Shown here: positions 37,699 through 45,718 of the stretch, piece by piece
Numbering within the stretch: the stretch's first letter is position 1
Layout: every line of letters begins with the position of its first letter
Translations under genes and position numbers: made by a program
Notes under the pieces: generated by a model
Told to the model about the DNA's origin: nothing
What the model saw: only the letters and a program-made list of their open reading frames with translations
The model's database searches: none
From: Acidobacteriaceae bacterium
Lineage (GTDB): Bacteria > Acidobacteriota > Terriglobia > Terriglobales > Acidobacteriaceae
DNA length: 64,000 bases
Direction: 5' to 3'
Assembly: GCA_003132405.1 (NCBI GenBank)
Contig: PKXQ01000066.1
Coordinates: 1,612-65,611, forward strand

Positions 37699-37891
37699 AA
37701 GCCGACCCGCTGTGCCGTGTGGTGGGCCGAGAATGAACCCGTCTCAGACGGTGGGAACCCGCCGCGACCCATTAGGCTTTTCCGCATGGCGGAACGTAGC
37801 ACACCGGATCTTTTTGCGAGTCGAGTCCCCGTTCATTCGGCATTGGTTCAAAAATCGGTTACCACCAACACCAACCTTGCAGGTCGGCTTT
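37699..37891 (-). ncRNA. ssrS: candidate 6S RNA
   Basis: A ~193-nt imperfect long hairpin. AAGCCGACC (37699-37707) pairs with GGTCGGCTT (37882-37890), GTGTGGTGG with CCACCAACAC, and GCCGAGAATGAAC with GTTCATTCGGC. On the minus strand the apex reads CCGCCAUGCGG-AAAAGCCUAAU, which resembles the hairpin plus GAGAAGCCUUAA apex I recall in E. coli 6S. It lies ~110 nt downstream of zapA on the same strand, matching the known zapA-ssrS synteny. Confidence 0.5.
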
Positions 37892-38005
37892 CACATAGGA
37901 TGCTAGGAAACTGGGAGCGGATTCGCAAGAGGAAAATGGAAAATAGTTGGCAGGAAGTTTGCTAGAGGTCGCGATACCAAGGTGCGGGGAAACGCGCTCC
38001 ACAGT

Positions 38006-38473
38006 TTAGCCGGTGCGCCGCGTATCTTCTAAGACCTCATCGAGCGCGCTGGCGAGCTTGCTGGCGCGCTGCCGCGCGTCGGGAGTAGGCGCGTCCAGCC
38101 GGCGCTTCAGGAGATGATATTCATCGGCTATATTCAGGGCGGCGAGGACGGCGAGCCGCACCGAATCGACCGTTGCCGTCTGCTGCGACACGGCGCGCAT
38201 CTTGCCGTCTACATACTCGGCAAGCTTCACAATGTAATCGGCGTCGGAGCCACGCAGGTTGTAAACCTGATCGAAGATTTCAACCCGCACGCTTCCGCTT
38301 ACGGCGGTGGGAGCAGGCATTTCTCTGGGTGGAGTCATTTTCGCACGCCCGTCTTTCGTTGGCGAATCAGCCGTTCGCGAATCAGCCGCCGCCGAATCGG
38401 TCGCTAACGAATTAGCGGTTAACTCATTACCATTCAACGAATCCGCCAACGGTTCCTTGCTCGCACTGGCCAT
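38006..38473 (-). CDS. zapA: cell division protein ZapA
   Basis: 155 aa. VRVEIFDQVYNLRGSDADYIVKLAEYVDGKMRAV...LAVLAALNIADEY matches the ZapA core. The N-terminus is low-complexity. Confidence 0.8.
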   Translation of the reverse strand: MASASKEPLADSLNGNELTANSLATDSAAADSRTADSPTKDGRAKMTPPREMPAPTAVSGSVRVEIFDQVYNLRGSDADYIVKLAEYVDGKMRAVSQQTATVDSVRLAVLAALNIADEYHLLKRRLDAPTPDARQRASKLASALDEVLEDTRRTG

Positions 38474-38510
38474 TTCACTCCTCGGCGCTTGACGGTTTGG
38501 CGACTCGCGA

Positions 38511-38813
38511 CTAGCTGGCCGCTTGTTCCTGGGTCAGCGTCTCCATCTGGCTCAACAATTTTTCTACGCGGACGCGAATATCTTCACGATCCTTGCGCAG
38601 TTGTACGAGTTCGCGGCGCATGGTTTCGTTCTCTTCTTCGCGTTCTTCGAGTTGCTCGCGCAACCGCTTGGCATCGCGCTCGGCGGTAGCCCGAGCATCT
38701 TTCGCGGCTTTGTATAACTCGATAGTGCGATAAACTTTCTCTTCCAGCGCTTGAAAATCTTCAGACGGAACCTCGGCAGATACCTCTTCCACGGTTTTCA
38801 CAGACATGGGCAC
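38511..38813 (-). CDS. coiled-coil protein, ZapB-like
   Basis: 100 aa, heptad-rich and highly charged (RLREQLEEREEENETMRRELVQLRKDREDIRVRVEKLL). It sits immediately upstream of zapA. Confidence 0.5.
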   Translation of the reverse strand: MPMSVKTVEEVSAEVPSEDFQALEEKVYRTIELYKAAKDARATAERDAKRLREQLEEREEENETMRRELVQLRKDREDIRVRVEKLLSQMETLTQEQAAS

Positions 38814-38923
38814 TCGCTTTCGACGACGTAAGCAGCGTTGAGCCGAAGTATAACGCAGTTTGCTGTGGAAGAGGCCATAAGACTGCCCAATCGTGCGGAC
38901 GACCGCAGCACTTGGCGTCTTCG

Positions 38924-40150
38924 CTACCTCGCAATCTTTTGCAGCCGTCGCGCCGCTTCGTCCAGGGTCTCAGGCTTTTTGCAGAAGGCGAACCGCACCT
39001 GTTGGGATCCGTCTTTTGGATGCTTGTAGAAACTCGATCCGGGCACGCAGGCGATGCCGATTTCTTTTACCAGGTGCGCAGCGAATTCCACGTCGTTCGC
39101 GAAACCGAAGGCGCTGATGTCGGTCATCACGTAATACGCGCCGCGCGGACGATAACAGAGGAAGCCCGCTTTTTCGAGCGCGGGGATCAGGTGATCGCGA
39201 CGCGTGCAATAACGATCGGCAAGTTCGCGGTAGTAGCTTTCGGGCAGGCTTAGCGCGGCGGCTCCGGCCTCTTGCAAGGGCGCGGGCGCACCAACGGTCA
39301 GAAAGTCATGCACTTTGCGGATCGCATTCGTGATCGCGGGAGGCGCAACCGCCCAGCCGACGCGCCATCCCGTGACGCTGTAACTCTTCGACAAGCCGTT
39401 GATGGTGATGGTGCGATCGCGCATGCCGTCGAGGCTCGCAAGCGAAATGTGTTCGGATCCGTCGTAGAGAATGTGCTCGTAGATTTCGTCGGTTATGGCG
39501 AGCACGTTGTATTCGACGCAGAGATCGCGAATGAGTTCCAGTTCCTTGCGGCTGAACACCTTGCCAGTCGGGTTGTTTGGCGTGTTAAGGATGATCGCCT
39601 TGGTGTTATGGGTCGCGGTTTGATGTTGACCGATCTTAGGCTGAAAAGCCTCGCGCAATTCTTGTTCGTCGAAGGTCCATTCTCCGTGCGCGGCTTGCGG
39701 AGGGCGGAGGCTGACGAAACGCGGCTTGGCTCCGCTCAGAATTGAGTCGGGGCCGTAGTTCTCATAGAAAGGTTCGAAGACCACGACTTCGTCGCCCTTG
39801 TTGCACACCGCGAGTAAAGTGGCGATCATGGCTTCGGTCGAGCCGCAGCAGACTACAATTTCTTTCTCCGGATCAACCTCGATCCCCTGCCACACCTGCA
39901 TCTGGCGGGCGATCGCGTTGCGTAGGCTTTTCGCGCCCCAGGTGATGGCGTACTGATTGACGTCGGCGGCGATCGCCTCCTGCGCAGCGCGCTTGATTTC
40001 GGCGGGCGCGGAGAAATCGGGAAACCCCTGGGCCAGATTAACCGCGTCATATTGCATCGCCTGCCGAGTCATCTCGCGGATTACAGACTCGGTAAAATGC
40101 TCAACCTTGTCGGAGAGAAAGTGCTTGGGATGGGTGGAAACTTGGGTCAT
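38924..40150 (-). CDS. class I/II PLP-dependent aminotransferase (YbdL/kynurenine-aminotransferase-like)
   Basis: NLAQGFPDF and SKSYSVTGWRVGW (PLP lysine). I prefer the ATG at 40150 (MTQVSTHPKHF...). The track ORF starts at 40189. Confidence 0.85.
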   Translation of the reverse strand: MTQVSTHPKHFLSDKVEHFTESVIREMTRQAMQYDAVNLAQGFPDFSAPAEIKRAAQEAIAADVNQYAITWGAKSLRNAIARQMQVWQGIEVDPEKEIVVCCGSTEAMIATLLAVCNKGDEVVVFEPFYENYGPDSILSGAKPRFVSLRPPQAAHGEWTFDEQELREAFQPKIGQHQTATHNTKAIILNTPNNPTGKVFSRKELELIRDLCVEYNVLAITDEIYEHILYDGSEHISLASLDGMRDRTITINGLSKSYSVTGWRVGWAVAPPAITNAIRKVHDFLTVGAPAPLQEAGAAALSLPESYYRELADRYCTRRDHLIPALEKAGFLCYRPRGAYYVMTDISAFGFANDVEFAAHLVKEIGIACVPGSSFYKHPKDGSQQVRFAFCKKPETLDEAARRLQKIAR

Positions 40151-40201
40151 GGAAAGTAAGGCTAGCACAGGGTACTTACAGGTTGGCAAAAATACGCGGT
40201 C

Positions 40202-42988
40202 TTAACACAGCTGATCCTGTGCACGCGCCGACAGGAAGCCGTCTGCCGTTCCTCCCGCTAGAAGCAGCACTACGCCGTCGACATCTTGCGTATACTCTTC
40301 ACTTTCTATTCGGTTCACTACCCACTGAAAGGCGTCATTCCCGAGGACCATAGAGTGAATGGGCCAATTCACGACGAAAACCACGACAGCGAGTGAGCAA
40401 TTTAACTGGGTTTTGGCCGTTTTGAGTTGGACACTGGCTCTTGGCAAGACGTCTCGCAGTTTTGCATAGAGTTGGTTTTCCAAAAATTCGTCTTCCCGAC
40501 CAGCGCTCTGCTTGGTCACGGTCTTGACTTCGAAGCAGATCTTCCTGCCACTCTTTTCGCAAATGATATCCGCGCCCGTATTCTGGTCCGGCCTCAGGAG
40601 ACGAATTTGCTCGAAACCCCTCTCGTGCAGGAAAAGGACTACCCGCAGCTCCCCAACTGCGCCTTCGAGATTTCCAGGGTCAGCCGAGTCGAAGTTAAAT
40701 TGCGGATAACTTCTCAGGTCCTCCTTCCGTAATTGGAGCACCTTTAGGGCTGAGGAAAAGAGCTGGCCATACCTTGCGAATGCTCCTGAGTCAGCGAAGT
40801 TCAAAAGGTCTTGGGGATTATGACGGTAGTATTCGGACAAGAAAAAGCTGGCCAAGGGATCGGAGTCAAGCTCCTTAGGAACGCCCCCAAGCTTTGTGGC
40901 CAGTGCCTTCGCAATCCGAACCCACCAAGCCGTTATTTCACCGTCTTGGAGAGTGCGATCGACCGACTGAAACTTGGCGCGCATCAAAATCGAGTACTTG
41001 CCCGCACCAACTTTGTCGCCGCGGAAAATTTCAACTGGGACGAAAGTGCGCAGTTCGGCAATGCCTAATCCACTAACGCTCTCGTGAATCTTCTCGAACT
41101 CGACGCTGTCGTCAAACACGAAGGAGAAGTCGCGCTCTACGGCAGGAAAGCGCGGCAGCGCTTCGTAACGCGGCTGGCGCAGATCGTGCTGGTAGAGGCG
41201 GTCTAGATAGATCTCGGCTATGAAAACATCCTGGCGAAGTTTGCGGGCTGCGGCTATGTCGGGATGAATCTGGCCAAACTGGGCTATGGTCGCGCCATCC
41301 ATGATGGCGCGGGCGGAACGGCCGGGATGATAGTAGTCGGCGGTTTTCTCGTCGTAATAGAGCGTCCATTGACTGAAGGGAGCGAGCAGATTTTCGACGT
41401 CGCCCTTCAGGTCGAAGAATGTCAGGGGACGCGCCGCGGCGCCGGGAGTTAGTCCGCGCACTATCTCTGCGTCGAAGTTGCCGGTCGCGCCGATGGAGAT
41501 GCGCTTCAACTCGCGCGGCATGCTTACTACGCTTGCGTCGGCGCTGGATGCTTCAAATATGTTTCCGGCTTCGAAGAGGCGGACATTGTCGCTGCCGCGA
41601 TTGAGGTTGTAGGCCAGCATGTTGAGCATGCTGGGAACGAGCGACGTGCGCATCACTGAGGCTTCGTCGCTTAGCGGGTTCGCTAGATCGAGTTCGGGGG
41701 CGGTTGAAAAGCGGCGGGCGTCGTCCTTCGAAATGAAGGTGAGCGAGATGGCTTCGTTGTAACCGAGCGCCAGGAGCGAGGAGCGCAGGCGGGCGTCTTT
41801 ATGGGCATCGGGGAGATCGCGAACTTCACCGCTATAGGCGGGAAGAGTGTTCGGGAATTTGTCGTAGCCGTGCAGGCGGGCCAGTTCTTCGATGATGTCG
41901 ATCTCGCGCTCGATATCGAGACGCCAACTCGGAATGTGGACGAGGAATTTATCTTCGGCACCTGCGAGCATGGTGAAACCGAGGCGAGTGAGGATGCGAT
42001 TGATTTCGAGGGTGCTGAGAGGTTCGCCGAGAATGCGTTGCACTTCGCGGAGATCGAGTTCTACGGGAGCGAGATCGAGTTGGCGGGCGATTACGTCGAT
42101 GACGCCACCGATAAGCGTGCCGCCTCCGGAAGCGAGGATGAGTTCGGCGACGCGGTTAGCGCATGGGACGGTCGATTCAAAATCGGCTCCGCGCTCGAAG
42201 CGGTGCGAGGCGTCGGTGTGCAGGCCGTGACGCTTCGACATGCGGCGCACCGTCACCGGGTCAAACCAGGCGGATTCGATCAGGATATTTTTCGTGCGCT
42301 CGGTGATCATGGTGTCGAAGCCGCCCATCACGCCGGCTAGGCCAACAGGCTTTTTGGCGTCGGCTACGACCAGGTCCTCGGTTGTCAGTTTGCGCTCGAC
42401 GCCATCTAGTGTTTTGAGTGTCTCGCCAGTTTGGGCTCTGCGGATTATCAGGCGACGGCCTTCGAGTAGATCGAGATCGAAAACGTGCGTTGGCTTGCCA
42501 CTCTCCCAAAGAACATAGTTCGTGGCGTCGACGGCGTTGCTGATGGGGCGCTGGTCGAGCAGTTGCAGCCGGTGGGCGATATCCGCGAGCGAGGGCTTGA
42601 TGACAGCCGCTCGAATTTCGCGAGCGGTGAAACGCGGACAAAGTTCGGGCTCTTGAATTTCGATTGTTACTTCCGACTTGCCTTGCGGGGCGGGCAGTTT
42701 GGGATCGATCGGACGGAGCGGAAGATCGTAGAGGGCGGAGGCCTCTCGCGCTACGCCGTAGTGATTCATCGCGTCGGGACGGTTGGTGGTGATCTCAAAA
42801 TCCAAAACAGCCGTCTTAAAGTCAATCAGCCCCGTCGGGCCGCAGATCTCAAAATCCGCCTTCTCGACAGCCATTCCGATGCTCGTCATGCGATCCTGGA
42901 ATTCGATGAATGCCATAGCGCTTACTGCTGGATCGCCGACCAGAGGAATATCGACAAAATCCAAGAGCCAATCGAGCGAGAGCCTCAT
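40202..42988 (-). CDS. pheT: phenylalanine--tRNA ligase beta subunit fused in frame to a ~225-aa C-terminal PD-(D/E)xK / Mrr-like nuclease-type module
   Basis: 928 aa. PheT motifs TNRPDAMNHYGVAREA (B3/4), the B5 and core domains, and FDX-ACB RFPAVERDFSFVF...IAKALATKLGGV. The frame then continues PKELDSDP...GELRVVLFLHERGFEQIRLLRPDQNTGADIICEKSGRKICFEVKTV... to the stop at 40202. Confidence 0.85.
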   Translation of the reverse strand: MRLSLDWLLDFVDIPLVGDPAVSAMAFIEFQDRMTSIGMAVEKADFEICGPTGLIDFKTAVLDFEITTNRPDAMNHYGVAREASALYDLPLRPIDPKLPAPQGKSEVTIEIQEPELCPRFTAREIRAAVIKPSLADIAHRLQLLDQRPISNAVDATNYVLWESGKPTHVFDLDLLEGRRLIIRRAQTGETLKTLDGVERKLTTEDLVVADAKKPVGLAGVMGGFDTMITERTKNILIESAWFDPVTVRRMSKRHGLHTDASHRFERGADFESTVPCANRVAELILASGGGTLIGGVIDVIARQLDLAPVELDLREVQRILGEPLSTLEINRILTRLGFTMLAGAEDKFLVHIPSWRLDIEREIDIIEELARLHGYDKFPNTLPAYSGEVRDLPDAHKDARLRSSLLALGYNEAISLTFISKDDARRFSTAPELDLANPLSDEASVMRTSLVPSMLNMLAYNLNRGSDNVRLFEAGNIFEASSADASVVSMPRELKRISIGATGNFDAEIVRGLTPGAAARPLTFFDLKGDVENLLAPFSQWTLYYDEKTADYYHPGRSARAIMDGATIAQFGQIHPDIAAARKLRQDVFIAEIYLDRLYQHDLRQPRYEALPRFPAVERDFSFVFDDSVEFEKIHESVSGLGIAELRTFVPVEIFRGDKVGAGKYSILMRAKFQSVDRTLQDGEITAWWVRIAKALATKLGGVPKELDSDPLASFFLSEYYRHNPQDLLNFADSGAFARYGQLFSSALKVLQLRKEDLRSYPQFNFDSADPGNLEGAVGELRVVLFLHERGFEQIRLLRPDQNTGADIICEKSGRKICFEVKTVTKQSAGREDEFLENQLYAKLRDVLPRASVQLKTAKTQLNCSLAVVVFVVNWPIHSMVLGNDAFQWVVNRIESEEYTQDVDGVVLLLAGGTADGFLSARAQDQLC

Positions 42989-44100
42989 CTAAACTGCTCC
43001 AGAAAGCGCACATCGCCCTGAAAGAACAACTGAATGTCATCGACGCCGTACTTCATAATCGCTATGCGCTCGACGCCCATGCCGAAGGCAAAGCCTGAAA
43101 CTTTTGTCGCGTCGTAATCTACGAATCCGTAGACATTGGGATCGACCATGCCGCAGCCGAGCAGTTCGATCCATCCGCTGGCTTTGCAGTTGCGGCAGGG
43201 AGCGCCGTCGCGCGTGCCTTTGCCATCGCAAAAAATGCAACTGATCTGCACGTCGGCGCTCGGCTCGGTGAAAGGGAAGAAAGACGGATAGAAACGTGTC
43301 TTCACGCTTGATCCGAACATGGCTTTCATGGCGTGGTCGAGCGTGCCCTTGAGATCGCAGAAGGTGATGTTGGTGTCGACGGCGAGACCTTCGATCTGAT
43401 GAAAGATGGGCGAGTGGGTCGCGTCGAGGGCGTCGTTGCGATGAACTTTTCCCGGACACACGACGCGCACTGGCGGCTGCATCTTTTGCATGGTACGAAT
43501 CTGCACTGGCGAAGTGTGCGTGCGCAGCAGCAGGCGGTCGCGCAGCGGTTTCGATTCCTGGCCGGCTATGAAGAGCGTGTCTTGCGTGTCGCGCGCGGGA
43601 TGATTCGGAGGAAAATTTAGCGCTTCGAAGTTGTAGAAGTCGGTTTCAATCTCGGGGCCTTCTTCGACGGAGTAGCCGAGATTGCGGAAGACGGCGATCA
43701 TCTCGTTCATCGTTTTGATGACGGGATGTTCGGCACCGATGGGACGGCGAATGCCGGGGAGAGTGATGTCGAGACGCTCGGCGGCAAGTTTGCCCGAGGA
43801 CGCTCCCTTTTGAATGCGGGTTAGCGTGGCTTCGACTGTCTGCTCGACTTTGAGTTTGAGTTCGTTGACGCGCTGGCCCACGTCGCGCTTGGCATCTTTG
43901 GGAGCAAGTTTCAGCCAGAGGTCATTGAGTTGGGAGAGGACGCCGTTCTTGCGCGCCATCCAGCGGTCGCGGAACAGCTTCCAGTCGTTCTCGGAGGCGA
44001 CTGCGGCGGATTCTTGATCGAGCGCGGACAGGAGTTCGCGGACGGCGCTGTCGAGCGCGGCGGCGGAGAAGTCGGTTAGTTGGGGAACGGTAAAAGGCAT
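42985..44100 (-). CDS. pheS: phenylalanine--tRNA ligase alpha subunit
   Basis: FPPNHPARDTQDTLF, HTSPVQIRTM and GFAFGMGVERIAIMKYG (class II motif 3). It overlaps the pheT start by 4 nt. The track start (44112) is a TTG, and I prefer the ATG at 44100. Confidence 0.9.
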   Translation of the reverse strand: MPFTVPQLTDFSAAALDSAVRELLSALDQESAAVASENDWKLFRDRWMARKNGVLSQLNDLWLKLAPKDAKRDVGQRVNELKLKVEQTVEATLTRIQKGASSGKLAAERLDITLPGIRRPIGAEHPVIKTMNEMIAVFRNLGYSVEEGPEIETDFYNFEALNFPPNHPARDTQDTLFIAGQESKPLRDRLLLRTHTSPVQIRTMQKMQPPVRVVCPGKVHRNDALDATHSPIFHQIEGLAVDTNITFCDLKGTLDHAMKAMFGSSVKTRFYPSFFPFTEPSADVQISCIFCDGKGTRDGAPCRNCKASGWIELLGCGMVDPNVYGFVDYDATKVSGFAFGMGVERIAIMKYGVDDIQLFFQGDVRFLEQFR

Positions 44101-44124
44101 GTTCCGGAACAATCCTCAAGGCAG

Positions 44125-44208
44125 TGTCATCCTGAGCGAAGCGAGGGACCTATGCATATTGCTGGCACCGGCCAAATGCATAGGTCCTTCGCTTCGCTCA
44201 GGATGACA
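44125..44208. repeat. two GTCATCCTGAGCGAAGCGA-type repeats in inverted orientation forming a ~33-bp stem
   Basis: TGTCATCCTGAGCGAAGCGAGGGACCTATGCAT (44125-44157) and ATGCATAGGTCCTTCGCTTCGCTCAGGATGACA (44176-44208) pair with one mismatch. The element lies between the rplT stop and the pheS start. Confidence 0.85.
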
Positions 44209-44242
44209 AGATTAATTACGACCGACGACTGATGGCGTACAG

Positions 44243-44611
44243 CTAAGCCGCGGCGGCCGCGTTTGCCTTCTTTGCCTGCTCGGCCAGACTGCCAAATCCT
44301 GCCGGATCGTTTACTGCCAGATCGGCTAGAATCTTGCGATCTAGTTCGACGCCAGCTTTTTTCAGGCCGCTGATGAACTGGTTGTAGTTCAGGCCGTTCA
44401 AGCGGGCGGCGGCTCCGATGCGCACGATCCAGATGGAGCGGTACTGGCGCTTCTTCTGCTTGCGGCCGGAATAGGCAAACTTCAGCGCGCGATCTACGGC
44501 TTCTTTGGCCGAGCGGTAGAGTTTGGATTTAGTTAGGAAATATCCACTGGCGCGTTCAAGAATCTTTTTGCGCTTGGCGCGGCGTTTGGTTCCGCGTTTT
44601 ACACGAGGCAT
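44243..44611 (-). CDS. rplT: 50S ribosomal protein L20
   Basis: 122 aa. [25 protein letters not shown]... Confidence 0.95.
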   Translation of the reverse strand: MPRVKRGTKRRAKRKKILERASGYFLTKSKLYRSAKEAVDRALKFAYSGRKQKKRQYRSIWIVRIGAAARLNGLNYNQFISGLKKAGVELDRKILADLAVNDPAGFGSLAEQAKKANAAAAA

Positions 44612-44823
44612 TGCTGGTCTCCTTTTTTATTTCATATGGCGGCTGGAGGTAAGGAGGCTTCTACCGCGTTTCCCTGAGGGAAGCGGGATTTCCGAAGCCC
44701 GACCTCTTCACGCGCCGCTGCGGAGCGTTTCGTTCCGCAGACTTGGTCTTACCTAGTTAAGTCCTGCATACTCGTTAAGGACGGACGCGGCCTGCGCTGA
44801 GCAAAGCCGAAGCCGTCGCTCCA

Positions 44824-45021
44824 TTACATGTACGGGATCATGCGTGCCGCTTTTTTGTAATCTCCGTCACTCACCAAAGTGGGCTGGCCCAACTTTTTCT
44901 TGCGCTTCTTCGCCTTGGACGACAGGATGTGACGCAACCCCGCCTTGTGACGCAGAATCTTCCCTGTACCGGTTTTCTTGAAGCGCTTGGCAGCGCCTCT
45001 GTGTGTTTTCAGTTTAGGCAT
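44824..45021 (-). CDS. rpmI: 50S ribosomal protein L35
   Basis: 65 aa. [21 protein letters not shown]... Confidence 0.95.
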   Translation of the reverse strand: MPKLKTHRGAAKRFKKTGTGKILRHKAGLRHILSSKAKKRKKKLGQPTLVSDGDYKKAARMIPYM

Positions 45022-45118
45022 AGAACCTCAGCTATTTGCATTTAGCAATTAGCACCTAGCTAAAACTCACACCGCCCCTCAAGGCTAAGTGCTACGCGCT
45101 AAATGCCAATTGCTGATT

Positions 45119-45718
45119 TTACGCTGTTTGCGCGCCGCCTCGCGACGCGGGAGGTGGCGCGGCTTTCGGTGGGGCGGGTTTTTCTTTGGAATGCGCTCCG
45201 CCTTCTTTCTTATTTGGCGCCAGAATCAGGTGCAGCGTATTGCCTTCCTGGCGCGGGCGGAACTCCACCAGACCGCGTTGGTCGACGTCTTTAATCAGAC
45301 GTTCCAGAATCTGGCGGCCCAGGCTTTGCCGCGTCATTTCGCGTCCGCGGAAGAAGATGGTCGCTTTTACTTTATCTCCTTCGTCGAGGAAGCGCAGCAC
45401 GTGATTCTTTTTGGTTTCGTAGTCGTGATCGTCTACGTTGATACGAAACTTCACTTCTTTGACCGTAATGGTCTTTTGTTTTTTCTTGGCCTCGCGCTCG
45501 CGCTTTTCGTTCTGGTAGAGGAATTTCCCGTAATCCATGATGCGGCAAACCGGCGGTTGCGCGGTTGGGGAAATCTCTACCAGGTCGAGGTTTCTTTCGC
45601 GGGCCATCTTGAGTGCCTCGAAGGGCGCCATTACGCCGATCTGTTCGCCTTCGTCACCGATCACGCGTACTTCACGTGCCCGGATGCGCTCATTCATGCG
45701 GATAAAACGCTTGTCGAT
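45119..45718 (-). CDS. infC: translation initiation factor IF-3 (probable non-AUG start)
   Basis: INERIRAREVRVIGDEGEQIGVM... plus a conserved C-domain. The track ORF starts at the ATG at 45697. The frame is open for a further 18 codons upstream, and GGAGGA lies 5 nt before an ATC at 45718. Confidence 0.85.
   Translation of the reverse strand: MDKRFIRMNERIRAREVRVIGDEGEQIGVMAPFEALKMARERNLDLVEISPTAQPPVCRIMDYGKFLYQNEKREREAKKKQKTITVKEVKFRINVDDHDYETKKNHVLRFLDEGDKVKATIFFRGREMTRQSLGRQILERLIKDVDQRGLVEFRPRQEGNTLHLILAPNKKEGGAHSKEKPAPPKAAPPPASRGGAQTA

Noticed and set aside
37712-37965. Small plus-strand ORFs (64 and 82 aa) in the zapA-downstream gap
   Set aside because: They overlap the long imperfect hairpin interpreted as 6S RNA and have no SD or family resemblance. 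A structured-RNA explanation is preferred.
40202-40880. Whether the pheT 3' extension is bounded by mobile-element hallmarks (integrase, transposase, direct repeats, tRNA target)
   Set aside because: None is visible. The next gene, an aminotransferase, begins about 50 nt downstream, and no flanking repeats were found by eye. I therefore do not call a mobile element and report only compositional atypicality.
44160-44180. Sigma-54 promoter-like TGGCAC (CTGGCACCGGCCAAATGCAT). Similar sites are TGGCACTAGCAGTGA at ~24468 and, on the minus strand, TTGGCACGTTGCTC at ~20135-20150.
   Set aside because: The spacing between the GG and GC elements is wrong (off by 2 or 4 nt), or the -12 TTGC element is absent. 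The first site is also on the plus strand, in the loop of the repeat hairpin. I found no convincing -24/-12 promoter by eye.
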